Origin: Eledone cirrhosa
Taxonomy: Eukaryota
NCBI GenBank assembly: GCA_964016885.1
Contig: CAXHJY010000590.1
Coordinates: 1-64,000, forward strand
Length of the DNA stretch: 64,000 bases
Direction: 5' to 3'
Both the position numbers and the translations under genes were made by a program. Positions 14,945-30,086 of the stretch are shown piece by piece (the first letter of the stretch is position 1; each line of letters starts with the position of its first letter). The notes under the pieces were generated by a model, which saw only the letters and a program-made list of their open reading frames with translations, made no database searches and had not been told where the DNA came from.

Positions 14945-17900
14945 TGCACAAACTCCCATTGCTGCCATTAACAAACAAACAAATTAACAACACACCAAAA
15001 CAATTAAAACCATCCACTCTCGCCTCTACATTTTTGCTTAACGCCCAAGGCATCAGCCCTTCCACCAATACTCAAAAATGGAAGATCAAATTCCTGGAGG
15101 ACTGGATTGATGTCCATCCAAACCACATCCCTTTCTTCGTCCTCACTGAAACCCATCTCAGTAACCTCCACTTGGAAGCCGAGGTGAAAGTGAAAAATTT
15201 CAAAGCCATCCGTGCTGATCGCGCTGGCAGAAGAAAGGGCGGAACTGCCATTTATGTCCATAATTCTTTCTCAACAGAAGCTATGAACATATTCACTAAT
15301 GGATACTGTGAGGCAGTCACTGTATTCAGTCAAACCAACAACCTATTAGTAGTTGGGCTCTATAGGCCACCCCAAACGCCTGTACCATGCTTCAAGGAAT
15401 GCCTCAACAGCATAAAGTGTTTCATCCAAGAGTGTCACCCTGACAACATCTTAATGATGGGGGACTTCAACCTCCCCGGAGTTGACTGGTCCACAAACAC
15501 CCTGCCACCAGGTTCTTCTGCCTCAACCTCTGACAGGGAAGCTGTGGAATCGCTTCTTGACTTCATGGATGATTTCTTCCTATCCCAACTAGTGCTCGAA
15601 CCAACGAGGTGCCACAAAAACGTCCTAGACTTAATTTTCAGCAATCACACTGACAATATCCACAATATTGCAGTGGAGAAAACTCTACTCTCTGATCATG
15701 ACATGGTTCTCTGTGATCTGAGATTCCACCGTCCAATATACAAACCCAATGTCATCTCTCCTGTCCATCCGTTTGACGCTATGGATTTCCACAATGCAAA
15801 CTGGGAAGCGATCAGTCATGATCTTGCACATGTCGACTGGTCCTTCACGCACACTCATACACCCACTAACATCAAAAAGTCCTGGCAGACATTTGTGGAC
15901 ACTGTTACAAACATATGTGCTAAACACACCCCATTAAGAACTATAAACAAATCTAAGAGCAGAATCCCTAGAAATAGAAAAACGCTCATCAGAAAAATTA
16001 AGAGAACGAACAAAAAAATCAACAAGCTGAAATACTGTCAGCAGCAACACATCAACTTGACTGCCATTTCATCACTAGAGATTAAAAAACATAACCTCCA
16101 AAACAACATAATGTCCCTCATCAACAATCAGAGAAGAGCTGAAGAGGCCTGGGCCATTGAGAAGATCAAACTCAATCCCAAAGTGTTCTTTTCATTTGCA
16201 AAAAAACACAAAATCACTGGCTCTACTGTTGGCCCTCTAATTGATGAAAATGGCACTCTTCAAGACAATGCTAAAACCATGGGTGAGATACTGCAGAAAC
16301 AATACTGCTCTGTTTTCAGCAATCCTGATATGGCCGATCTGGGCTGTATCGGCGATGTTACTCCCCATTACACCTTATCGGACATAACGTTTGGCGCCCC
16401 TGATGTCTTGGCGGCAATAAAGGAAATCAAGCATAATTCAGCAGTAGGTCCCGATAGGTTCCCTGCTTGTGTCCTGAAGGCGTGTCAACACCAACTTGCT
16501 TCTCCTCTTGCCAATCTGTGGCGGAACTCACTGGATGCTGGATATGTGCCAGAAAACCTTCTATCCCAGTCTGTTGTCCCAGTTTTCAAAAAGGGAAACA
16601 AATCCCTTGCCGTGAATTACCGTCCAATCTCACTCACCTCTCATATCATTAAGGTATTTGAGCGAGTGGTGAGATCGCGAATGACCCACTTCCTTGAGAG
16701 TAACAATATGCTGAACTCCAACCAGCATGGATTCCGTAATGGAAGGGATTGCCTGACGCAACTACTGCATCACTTTGATGACATTTTGAGAGCCTTGGGA
16801 GAGGGTTCCAACACTGATGTTATCTACCTTGATTTCAGCAAGGCCTTTGACAGGGTTGATCATAACATTCTACTGAGAAAGCTGTCCAATATTGGTGTCA
16901 CTGGAAAGCTGCTGCAGTGGATCAAGAGCTTCCTGTCAAACAGAACCCAACATGTTGTAGTTGACGGAGTCAAATCAAGCCCAGCCAAAGTCAGTAGTGG
17001 AGTCCCACAAGGCACTGTGTTGGGCCCACTTCTCTTCATCATCTATATTAATGACATCACTGACATCATCAAACACAGCAACATTAAAATTTTTGCTGAT
17101 GATTCCAAGCTCCAAAAGGTCATCAATGGCGTGGATGACCGGATAAGCCTTCAGTCAGACCTACTGGCTGTTACCCAATGGGCAGAAAAGAATAACATGT
17201 TACTGAACGAAGACAAATTCGAACTGATCCACTTTGGAAAAGAGGATGCTCTGAAACTCCCGTACTCCCTTCCCTCCGGGGAAACTCTCGTGGCATCTAA
17301 CAACATCAGAGACTTGGGAGTAACCGTGGACAGCAACATAAGCTGGACCACGCATATAAGCAGCAAAGTTGACATGGCCCGCAGAATGTGTTCCTGGATC
17401 CTCAGAACCTTCCAGTCGAGAGATTCCCGCACCATTATCCTTCTCTTCTCTACTTTCGCCCGACCACACCTTGAATACTGTTGTCCACTGTGGTCTCCCC
17501 ACACGAAACAAAGTATCATGAAACTTGAAGCTCCTCAAAGGGCAATCACGAAAAAGATAGATGGCATGTCAGACCTTGACTACTGGGGTCGATTGGAAAA
17601 CCTGAAACTTTACTCACTCCAACGTCGCCGTGAGCGTTATATTATCTGCATGATGTGGAAAATGTTCCATCATCACTGCCCAAATGATGTTGGCATCGCC
17701 TTCAAGATACACCCAAGGCTTGGGCCCCGTGCTATCCGTCCCATTCAAAAATCTAAATTGCAACTCATAACAACAATACGGCACAATTATTTCACCTCAA
17801 TCGGCCCTGCTCTCTTCAACATCACACCAGGACACGTCAAAACAGAAACTGACCACACAAAATTCAAGAAGTCTTTGGACAAATTCCTCCAAGTAATCCC

Positions 17901-18072
17901 GGACAAACCACCCACACCCGGATATGTCTCTGCAAACAGTAATTCTCTTCTCGAATGGGCCATGGTGCCCAAATCCTGAATTGAAAGACTTCGCCAGGTG
18001 GTGCTATTAAGTTAGACATGGCCTGGGCCAATACTGGCCAAAACATTTCAAAGTTATTCAAAGTTCAAAGTT
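14945..18072 (+). mobile_element. CR1/L2-group LINE, 5'-truncated just upstream of ORF2
   Basis: Open APE-RT ORF, short 3' UTR, (TTCAAAG[TTA])n tail, inserted in (TA)n. Confidence 0.92.
14959..17979 (+). CDS. LINE ORF2: apurinic-type endonuclease plus reverse transcriptase (no ATG at the true N-terminus)
   Basis: LTETHL, YRPP, MGDFN, SDHD endonuclease motifs; [33 protein letters not shown] motifs. Confidence 0.92.
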   Translation: MLPLTNKQINNTPKQLKPSTLASTFLLNAQGISPSTNTQKWKIKFLEDWIDVHPNHIPFFVLTETHLSNLHLEAEVKVKNFKAIRADRAGRRKGGTAIYVHNSFSTEAMNIFTNGYCEAVTVFSQTNNLLVVGLYRPPQTPVPCFKECLNSIKCFIQECHPDNILMMGDFNLPGVDWSTNTLPPGSSASTSDREAVESLLDFMDDFFLSQLVLEPTRCHKNVLDLIFSNHTDNIHNIAVEKTLLSDHDMVLCDLRFHRPIYKPNVISPVHPFDAMDFHNANWEAISHDLAHVDWSFTHTHTPTNIKKSWQTFVDTVTNICAKHTPLRTINKSKSRIPRNRKTLIRKIKRTNKKINKLKYCQQQHINLTAISSLEIKKHNLQNNIMSLINNQRRAEEAWAIEKIKLNPKVFFSFAKKHKITGSTVGPLIDENGTLQDNAKTMGEILQKQYCSVFSNPDMADLGCIGDVTPHYTLSDITFGAPDVLAAIKEIKHNSAVGPDRFPACVLKACQHQLASPLANLWRNSLDAGYVPENLLSQSVVPVFKKGNKSLAVNYRPISLTSHIIKVFERVVRSRMTHFLESNNMLNSNQHGFRNGRDCLTQLLHHFDDILRALGEGSNTDVIYLDFSKAFDRVDHNILLRKLSNIGVTGKLLQWIKSFLSNRTQHVVVDGVKSSPAKVSSGVPQGTVLGPLLFIIYINDITDIIKHSNIKIFADDSKLQKVINGVDDRISLQSDLLAVTQWAEKNNMLLNEDKFELIHFGKEDALKLPYSLPSGETLVASNNIRDLGVTVDSNISWTTHISSKVDMARRMCSWILRTFQSRDSRTIILLFSTFARPHLEYCCPLWSPHTKQSIMKLEAPQRAITKKIDGMSDLDYWGRLENLKLYSLQRRRERYIICMMWKMFHHHCPNDVGIAFKIHPRLGPRAIRPIQKSKLQLITTIRHNYFTSIGPALFNITPGHVKTETDHTKFKKSLDKFLQVIPDKPPTPGYVSANSNSLLEWAMVPKS

Positions 18073-18098
18073 ATATATATACATATATATATATACAT

Positions 18099-19300
18099 AC
18101 ATTCTACTGAGAAAGCTGTCCAATATTGGTGTCACTGGAAAGCTGCTGCAGTGGATCAAGAGCTTCCTGTCAAACAGAACCCAACATGTTGTAGTTGAGG
18201 GAGTCAAATCAAGCCCAGCCAAAGTCAGTAGTGGAGTCCCACAAGGCACTGTGTTGGGCCCACTTCTCTTCATCATCTATATTAATGACATCACTGACAT
18301 CATCAAACACAGCAACATTAAAATTTTCGCTGATGATTCCAAGCTCCAAAAGGTCATCAATGGCGTGGATGACCGGATAAGCCTTCAGTCAGACCTACTG
18401 GCTGTTACCCAATGGGCAGAAAAGAACAACATGTTACTGAACGAAGACAAATTCGAACTGATCCACTTTGGAAAAGAGGATGCTCTGAAACTCCCGTACT
18501 CCCTTCCCTCCGGGGAAACTCTCGTGGCATCTAACAACATCAGAGACTTGGGAGTAACCGTGGACAGCAACATAAGCTGGACCACGCATATAAGCAGCAA
18601 AGTTGACATGGCCCGCAGAATGTGTTCCTGGATCCTCAGAACCTTCCAGTCGAGAGATTCCCGCACCATTATCCTTCTCTTCTCTACTTTCGCCCGACCA
18701 CACCTTGAATACTGTTGTCCACTGTGGTCTCCCCACACGAAACAAAGTATCATGAAACTTGAAGCTCCTCAAAGGGCAATCACGAAAAAGATAGATGGCA
18801 TGTCAGACCTTGACTACTGGGGTCGATTGGAAAACCTGAAACTTTATTCACTCCAACGTCGCCGTGAGCGTTATATTATCTGCATGATGTGGAAAATGTT
18901 CCATCATCACTGCCCAAATGATGTTGGCATCGCCTTCAAGATACACCCAAGGCTTGGGCCCCGTGCTATCCGTCCCATTCAAAAATCTAAATCGCAACTC
19001 ATAACAACAATACGGCACAATTATTTCACCTCAATCGGCCCTGCTCTCTTCAACATCACACCAGGACACGTCAAAACAGAAACTGACCACACAAAATTCA
19101 AGAAGTCTTTGGACAAATTCCTCCAAGTAATCCCGGACAAACCACCCACACCCGGATATGTCTCCGCAAACAGTAATTCTCTTCTCGAATGGGCCATGGT
19201 GCCCAAATCCTGAATTGAAAGACTTCGCCAGGTGGTGCTATTAAGTTAGACATGGCCTGGGCCAATACTGGCCAAAACATTTCAAAGTTATTCAAAGTTA
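18099..19300 (+). mobile_element. Second, 5'-truncated near-identical copy of the same LINE (RT C-terminal half, ORF to 19213)
   Basis: Duplicates 16865-18066 with a few substitutions (e.g. KSKL vs KSKS); separated from copy 1 by a short TA tract. Confidence 0.93.
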
Positions 19301-19365
19301 CATATATGTATATACATATATATATACATACATATATATATATATACATACATATATATATATAC

Positions 19366-19398
<33 letters not shown>

Positions 19399-19415
19399 CA
19401 TACATATATATATAC

Positions 19416-19446
<31 letters not shown>

Positions 19447-19469
19447 CATATATATATATACATACATAC

Positions 19470-19560
<91 letters not shown>

Positions 19561-19583
19561 CATACATACATATATATATATAC

Positions 19584-19614
<31 letters not shown>

Positions 19615-19633
19615 CATACATATATATATATAT

Positions 19634-19664
<31 letters not shown>

Positions 19665-19727
19665 CATACATATATATACATATATACATATATATACATA
19701 TATATACATATATATATATACATATAT

Positions 19728-19778
<51 letters not shown>

Positions 19779-19914
19779 CATATATATATATACATATATA
19801 TACATACATATATATATATACATATATATATATACATATATATATATATACATACATATATATATATATACATACAAATATATATATATATACATACATA
19901 TATATATACATACA

Positions 19915-19952
<38 letters not shown>

Positions 19953-20051
19953 CATACATATATATATACATACATACATATATATATACATACATATATA
20001 TATATATATACATACATATATATATATATACATACATATATATATATATAT

Positions 20052-20090
<39 letters not shown>

Positions 20091-20092
20091 CA

Positions 20093-20166
<74 letters not shown>

Positions 20167-20186
20167 TATATATATACATATATATA
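19301..20186. repeat. (TA)n/(TACA)n microsatellite
   Basis: Direct. Confidence 0.99.
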
Positions 20187-20230
20187 TACAATATTAAATA
20201 AATGGAAAACTATATTTATAAAACCATATT

Positions 20231-20296
20231 TATTTCATTATATATATTTCGGGGATATCATATTAACAATATGCTATGCCTTCATCAGACAAAATA
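20231..20296 (-). ncRNA. Type I hammerhead motif (mirror of 26722-26787)
   Basis: Reverse complement of the right-arm motif. Confidence 0.75.
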
Positions 20297-21795
20297 CAAT
20301 ATAAACAGTTTTATAGATAAATATATTCGACATACCGTAATAAACATCAACTGCAGTGAAAATACAGAGAGAAAGAAAGAGAGAGAGAAAAGAGGGAAAT
20401 AGGAAAGAAAGAAAGACAAAACGAAGAAAAGGAAGAAAAAGAAGAAAAAGAAAAAGAAGAAATGCATGGGACAAAATAGAGAGATGGAAAAATAGATAAA
20501 GCGAAGAGCTTCATGTAAAGAGACAGAAAGAGATATATATATATATAGAGAGAGAGAGGAAGTAGAGATAGATACATATATAAATATAGATATAGAAAAA
20601 TTAGGTAGTGGGAGGTCATTTTGAGTAAGTGTATCAATGATGCATTTATTTATTTATTTATTTATTTATTTAGCTCAAGTATTAATGTAAGGGAGATATA
20701 TAGAGAGATATAAAGAGATATAGAGAGAGAAAAAATTTAAAAATAGCCAGACATATTCGAGGCGTAGAAAACCCTATGTTTTAATGTATTAGTATTTATA
20801 AAACTTACACTATATTGTAAATATCAGTATTCCTGAATGAAACAAGTATTCACAATGCGTGAAAATTCATTATCTTATGTTTAGTTTTTTAAAAAAATTC
20901 ATATGTCTATGTGAATCCAACTGATTCACTCCGCAAATTCAAAGTTACCGGAAAACATTCTCAATGTGGTATAAAAATTTGAGCGTATTATTATTCTTGC
21001 GATTACTCTACAAGATTATCTATCAAGCAGAAATAGAGAGCAGATTTCAATATACCAATCGAAAATATATATTATATTATAAGCAGAGATAACAATAATA
21101 ATGATAATAAGTAAAAATATATAAAAAAATATAAAAATATAGAATAGAAAACTAAAAAAGAATATTACGAAAGAATATTACATAATAAAAATATTGCATA
21201 TTAAAAATACTACGTATTAAAAATATTACGTATTAAAACTTTACATATAAAAATATTAAAAATAAAAATTTACATATAAAAATATTAATAAAATAAAAAT
21301 ATTATAGAATACTACAATACTAAAAGAATAAAAGTAAAAATAAAAATAAAAATAAAAATAAAAATAAAAATAAAAATAAAAATAAAAATGAAAATAAAAA
21401 TAAACCACAAAGAACAACCCTTCAAAGTTAATTGACAATATATTGCCAAGTTCACTACAAGACAAAGCCAAAAATTATCTATCAAATCACATCTAGCAAG
21501 GAATATCGCAAAAAAAGATTATGATGTCCAATAATGTCTACATATGTTCCTATATTTAATATATAAGTTTATCAAGTGTAAGGTTAATTCAAAAAATTTG
21601 GAGCATCGGCTTTTAGGGTAGCTTAATTTTTCATGAGGAATGTTTAGATAAAAAAATAAAAATAAAAATAAAAATAAAAATAAATAAAATAAAATAAAAT
21701 AAACAATAAAAAGAGTAAAAAGAGGGAATCAAAGATTTAGGAATCAAAAGATTTATCGGCTAGTTCTCATATAAATATAAATCAAACTAAATATA

Positions 21796-23574
21796 CTACA
21801 TTTTAAATTTAAATTTATATTTAAACGTTGAGTTTAATCTATGTTTGCAACAACTGAATAAATTTGTCCGTAGGTTAAGGGAATTTTTAGATTTTAGTAT
21901 AAAGAATATCTCCTCTGCGCAGAGGTCACATGTCTCAGAGGATGAATTAAAAGGAATCCCTCTTGAGACTATATTCCAAGCCGTCGAATATCTAACGTTA
22001 TCTAGCTTAAGTTGCCAGAGTACACCTGATAGTGCCGTTGAAGATTTTTTATTTGGATCTGTGAAAGAATTCTTGTGGTTATTATAGCGAAGTTTAAATT
22101 CCGTCGATGTGGAACCGACGTAGTTAAAAGAATTAGAGTCAGTATTAACATTACAATTGTATACTATATTTTTAACTAAGCAGTTGTTATTTAACGGACA
22201 TTTAGATCTATCTCTACAGTTACATTTGTTAACTTGTATATTATTTATGCTATTATCAGTAGGTTTTAAGTTCCTATTATTTATTCTATTAATATTTTGT
22301 GCTAAATTTTTGGTGGATGAGTAGGTTAATTTAATTGTATGCCTATTGAAGATTGAGTGGTACCTATGTGTTCTAGGGAAGCGATTATCAAGAGCTTTGA
22401 AAAATAATTTAGCGATGTGGGTTTTAATGTTTAGTGAGAAAGGGGGGGGCAAACCAAATTATGTTCCTAGTTCTATTTCTTTTTTGTCCTTTGGAATTAT
22501 TGTAATGCTTTCTATTATAGTTGTTAATGTTGTTGCCGTCATTAGAAAAGTTGTTACTTTGTTTAGTTTGTTTATCATTATCTATGTACACAATCTTATC
22601 AGCATACCCTGCCCTAGCTAGTGCATCATTATAGTATTGGGCCTTTTCGTCAAAAATCTTTCTATTCGACGAGATCCTAGAGATACGTTTTTGGACTGAG
22701 TTTACTATAGTGTTTTTGACAGATCTGGGGTGGTTAGAGTTAAAGTTGACATAGTTTAAGTTTTCATTCAACTTGTGAAAAGGATAGTGGAGACATGTGT
22801 TGAGATTTAATGTTATATCTAGGAAATTGACTATTCTATGGTTGTTCTCAATTTCTATTTTAAGGTTAAAGTAATTAAAAAATTTTGTAATTTGTTTACA
22901 TTTTCTATTTAGTTCAGGGTTATTATTATTAATAAGTAAAAGCATGTCATCCCTATATAAACCTCCGGTAGTACCAGGTATTTTCCTATGTAGCGAATTG
23001 ATTAAAAATAAGCCCACAAGGTCAGTTACCTGAGCTGAGTCGGAAGATCCCATAGTTATGTCAAAATTGCTATCTCTATCTGCTCTAGTCCATAATTTGT
23101 CATCAAATTCTATCAAAGTTTTCCTAGCCGATAATATAATATGCATTTCTTTGCTAGTTAGGTCCGTATGTTTGAATGCGTAATTTAGTGCCTTATTTAG
23201 TAGACTAGGGGTAATAGAAGAATAATAGTTAGCTATATCAAGTTGAATAAACCTATTATTATTGTCATATTTAATTTGCCTAAACCACTCAACAACCTCT
23301 CCAGTTCCCTTCCACAAGCTCAGGTTAGATACATAATCCAAGTTCTTAATTTGCAGTATCACCCTGTCAAGAATGTTTTTGCTTAATTTGCCCAGGTCCG
23401 ATTTTGAAGGTGCGATCAATCTAACTGGCAGGTCAATCTCAAAATTCCTCTTGTGGTCCTTCATATTGATCTTCGGTTTCCTGGGCACGAAAGGTTGTGT
23501 TCTGTTCTCAATTTCCAACTCATGCATTATACAAGATGCTTCAACATTCATTTTCTCAAGTTCGGTCTTATCTG
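21796..23574 (-). pseudogene. PLE RT + GIY-YIG ORF, 5'-truncated, +1 frameshift in G8 run (22442-22449)
   Basis: FIQLDIANYYSSI, ITMGSSDSAQ, GLYRDD, VNFLDITL; then CNCRDRSKCPLNNNC, IVY...YVG, CDLC...CKH. Confidence 0.88.
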
Positions 23575-25154
23575 CATTCTTGACAGGGTGATACTGCAAA
23601 TTAAGAACTTGGATTATGTATCTAACCTGAGCTTGTGGAAGGGAACTGGAGAGGTTGTTGAGTGGTTTAGGCAAATTAAATATGACAATAATAATAGGTT
23701 TATTCAACTTGATATAGCTAACTATTATTCTTCTATTACCCCTAGTCTACTAAATAAGGCACTAAATTACGCATTCAAACATACGGACCTAACTAGCAAA
23801 GAAATGCATATTATATTATCGGCTAGGAAAACTTTGATAGAATTTGATGACAAATTATGGACTAGAGCAGATAGAGATAGCAATTTTGACATAACTATGG
23901 GATCTTCCGACTCAGCTCAGGTAACTGACCTTGTGGGCTTATTTTTAATCAATTCGCTACATAGGAAAATACCTGGTACTACCGGAGGTTTATATAGGGA
24001 TGACATGCTTTTACTTATTAATAATAATAACCCTGAACTAAATAGAAAATGTAAACAAATTACAAAATTTTTTAATTACTTTAACCTTAAAATAGAAATT
24101 GAGAACAACCATAGAATAGTCAATTTCCTAGATATAACATTAAATCTCAACACATGTCTCCACTATCCTTTTCACAAGTTGAATGAAAACTTAAACTATG
24201 TCAACTTTAACTCTAACCACCCCAGATCTGTCAAAAACACTATAGTAAACTCAGTCCAAAAACGTATCTCTAGGATCTCGTCGAATAGAAAGATTTTTGA
24301 CGAAAAGGCCCAATACTATAATGATGCACTAGCTAGGGCAGGGTATGCTGATAAGATTGTGTACATAGATAATGATAAACAAACTAAACAAAGTAACAAC
24401 TTTTCTAATGACGGCAACAACATTAACAACTATAATAGAAAGCATTACAATAATTCCAAAGGACAAAAAAGAAATAGAACTAGGAACATAATTTGGTTTG
24501 CCCCCCCCTTTCTCACTAAACATTAAAACCCACATCGCTAAATTATTTTTCAAAGCTCTTGATAATCGCTTCCCTAGAACACATAGGTACCACTCAATCT
24601 TCAATAGGCATACAATTAAATTAACCTACTCATCCACCAAAAATTTAGCACAAAATATTAATAGAATAAATAATAGGAACTTAAAACCTACTGATAATAG
24701 CATAAATAATATACAAGTTAACAAATGTAACTGTAGAGATAGATCTAAATGTCCGTTAAATAACAACTGCTTAGTTAAAAATATAGTATACAATTGTAAT
24801 GTTAATACTGACTCTAATTCTTTTAACTACGTCGGTTCCACATCGACGGAATTTAAACTTCGCTATAATAACCACAAGAATTCTTTCACAGATCCAAATA
24901 AAAAATCTTCAACGGCACTATCAGGTGTACTCTGGCAACTTAAGCTAGATAACGTTAGATATTCGACGGCTTGGAATATAGTCTCAAGAGGGATTCCTTT
25001 TAATTCATCCTCTGAGACATGTGACCTCTGCGCAGAGGAGATATTCTTTATACTAAAATCTAAAAATTCCCTTAACCTACGGACAAATTTATTCAGTTGT
25101 TGCAAACATAGATTAAACTCAACGTTTAAATATAAATTTAAATTTAAAATGTAG
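23575..25154 (+). pseudogene. Mirror copy of the PLE RT + GIY-YIG ORF with the same frameshift (C8 at 24501-24508)
   Basis: Same translation as the left arm. Confidence 0.88.
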
Positions 25155-26307
25155 TATATTTAGTTTGATTTATATTTATATGAGAACTAGCCGATAAATC
25201 TTTTGATTCCTAAATCTTTGATTCCCTCTTTTTACTCTTTTTATTGTTTATTTTATTTTATTTTATTTATTTTTATTTTTATTTTTATTTTTATTTTTTT
25301 ATCTAAACATTCCCCATGAAAAATTAAGCTACCCTAAAAGCCGATGCTCCAAATTTTTTGAATTAACCTTACACTTGATAAACTTATATATTAAATATAG
25401 GAACATATGTAGACATTATTGGACATCATAATCTTTTTTTGCGATATTCCTTGCTAGATGTGATTTGATAGATAATTTTTGGCTTTGTCTTGTAGTGAAC
25501 TTGGCAATATATTGTCAATTAACTTTGAAGGGTTGTTCTTTGTGGTTTATTTTTATTTTCATTTTTATTTTTATTTTTATTTTTATTTTTATTTTTATTT
25601 TTATTTTTATTTTTATTTTTATTTTTATTTTTATTTTTATTTTTACTTTTATTCTTTTAGTATTGTAGTATTCTATAATATTTTTATTTTATTAATATTT
25701 TTATATGTAAATTTTTATTTTTAATATTTTTATATGTAAAGTTTTAATACGTAATATTTTTAATACGTAGTATTTTTAATATGCAATATTTTTATTATGT
25801 AATATTCTTTCGTAATATTCTTTTTTAGTTTTCTATTCTATATTTTTATATTTTTTTATATATTTTTACTTATTATCATTATTATTGTTATCTCTGCTTA
25901 TAATATAATATATATTTTCGATTGGTATATTGAAATCTGCTCTCTATTTCTGCTTGATAGATAATCTTGTAGAGTAATCGCAAGAATAATAATACGCTCA
26001 AATTTTTATACCACATTGAGAATGTTTTCCGGTAACTTTGAATTTGCGGAGTGAATCAGTTGGATTCACATAGACATATGAATTTTTTTAAAAAACTAAA
26101 CATAAGATAATGAATTTTCACGCATTGTGAATACTTGTTTCATTCAGGAATACTGATATTTACAATATAGTGTAAGTTTTATAAATACTAATACATTAAA
26201 ACATAGGGTTTTCTACGCCTCGAATATGTCTGGCTATTTTTAAATTTTTTCTCTCTCTATATCTCTTTATATCTCTCTATATATCTCCCTTACATTAATA
26301 CTTGAGC

Positions 26308-26338
<31 letters not shown>

Positions 26339-26721
26339 ATGCATCATTGATACACTTACTCAAAATGACCTCCCACTACCTAATTTTTCTATATCTATAT
26401 TTATATATGTATCTATCTCTACTTCCTCTCTCTCTCTATATATATATATATCTCTTTCTGTCTCTTTACATGAAGCTCTTCGCTTTATCTATTTTTCCAT
26501 CTCTCTATTTTGTCCCATGCATTTCTTCTTTTTCTTTTTCTTCTTTTTCTTCCTTTTCTTCGTTTTGTCTTTCTTTCTTTCCTATTTCCCTCTTTTCTCT
26601 CTCTCTTTCTTTCTCTCTTTCTTTCTCTCTGTATTTTCACTGCTAGAGTGAACCTCTTCAAATGAAGTTGATGTTTAATACGGTATGTCGAATATATTTA
26701 TCTATAAAACTGTTTATATTG

Positions 26722-26787
26722 TATTTTGTCTGATGAAGGCATAGCATATTGTTAATATGATATCCCCGAAATATATATAATGAAATA
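26722..26787 (+). ncRNA. Type I hammerhead motif in PLE pseudo-LTR
   Basis: UAUUUUGU CUGAUGA AGGC...CAUAUU-GUU-AAUAUG...CCCC GAAA UAUAUA UA^AUGAAAUA; 8-bp stem I, palindromic stem III. Confidence 0.78.
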
Positions 26788-26958
26788 AATATGGTTTTAT
26801 AAATATAGTTTTCCATTTATTTAATATTGTAAATATACTCCAAGTATTTGTCGAGTGCTTTTATATCAGTTATAAATATTTACTAGTTGTAACCCAACAA
26901 TTTTAAATATAACTTTACATGTACATATATATATATATACATATATATATATACATAG

Positions 26959-26989
<31 letters not shown>

Positions 26990-27072
26990 CATAGATATAT
27001 ATATATACATAGATATATATATATACATACATATATATATATACATACATATATATATACATATATATATAC

Positions 27073-27107
<35 letters not shown>

Positions 27108-27113
27108 CATATA

Positions 27114-27473
27114 TATAAAGAAAAAGGGATGAAATCGAAAATGCAACTGAAGTCTTATTTTTTTTAAAAATATATATATTTATTTGGTTCCTTTACCGGT
27201 TTCGCAGTTCTTCTGCTTTTCAAAAGGTGAGTTGAGATGGAGGGTCTGTGGTTTTTCTCACATCTGAGATGTGAGAAAAACCACAGACCCTCCATCTCAA
27301 CTCACCTTTTGAAAAGCAGAAGAACTGCGAAACCGGTAAAGGAACCAAATAAATATATATATTTTTTAAAAAAATAAGACTTCAGTTGCATTTTCGATTT
27401 CATCCCTTTTTCTTTATACTTCCACTCGTGTAGGACACCTCGGTTATTTTTCATTTTGTAAAAAAAACCTCAC

Positions 27474-27480
<7 letters not shown>
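27114..27480 (+). mobile_element. Non-coding fold-back hammerhead element (palindrome 27114-27418, centre 27266, tail 27419-27480)
   Basis: 152-bp arms with 1-nt spacer, flanked by (TA)n. Confidence 0.85.
27305..27342 (+). ncRNA. Minimal hammerhead with U3-A8 covariant core (mirror copy at 27190-27227, minus)
   Basis: CCUU UUGAAAA GCAG-AAGAA-CUGC GAAA CCGG UA^AAGG; all three stems pair. Confidence 0.8.
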
Positions 27481-27532
<52 letters not shown>

Positions 27533-27553
27533 TACATATATATATACATATAT

Positions 27554-27979
27554 GTAGGAGGTGAGTTTTATTATAGTACAATAAAGCAATGTAGATATCG
27601 GATAAGAAGCACTCTACAGTTTGTAGGACTGGAGTATACATAATATAAGATCAAAAGATGGTTAAAGGAGTTCCATGTATTTTATTATGCGCATTTCAAA
27701 AACAAACATCATCATGCAATAATATTTGTGTTTTCATCAGATAAAACAGGAGAACATGATATGAAGGCTAAAAAACACTTGTGGATAGTGCAGTTTTAAA
27801 TCAACATATCATATGTTGATTTAAAACTGCACTATCCACAAGTGTTTTTTAGCCTTCATATCATGTTCTCCTGTTTTATCTGATGAAAACACAAATATTA
27901 TTGCATGATGATGTTTGTTTTTGAAATGCGCATAATAAAATACATGGAACTCCTTTAACCATCTTTTGATCTTATATTA
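27554..27979 (-). mobile_element. Non-coding fold-back hammerhead element (palindrome 27641-27979, centre 27810, tail 27640-27554)
   Basis: 169-bp arms with 1-nt spacer, flanked by (TA)n. Confidence 0.85.
27874..27940 (+). ncRNA. Type I hammerhead motif (mirror copy at 27680-27746, minus)
   Basis: UUUUAU CUGAUGA AAAC-ACAAAUAU...AUGUUUGU-UUUU GAAA UGCGCA UA^AUAAAA. Confidence 0.75.

Positions 27980-30086
<2,107 letters not shown>

Larger units (their letters stand above)
20187..26922. mobile_element. Palindromic 5'-truncated Penelope-like element (arms 20187-23375 and 23575-26831, 199-bp spacer, unique tail 26832-26922)
   Basis: Mirror ORFs at coordinates summing to 46950; PLE RT motifs and GIY-YIG domain; hammerheads in both arms. 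Confidence 0.93.

Noticed and set aside
23453-23707. N-terminal extensions of the ORFs 23453-24526 (+) and 22424-23707 (-)
   Set aside because: Read-through across the inversion junction into antisense sequence; not real N-termini
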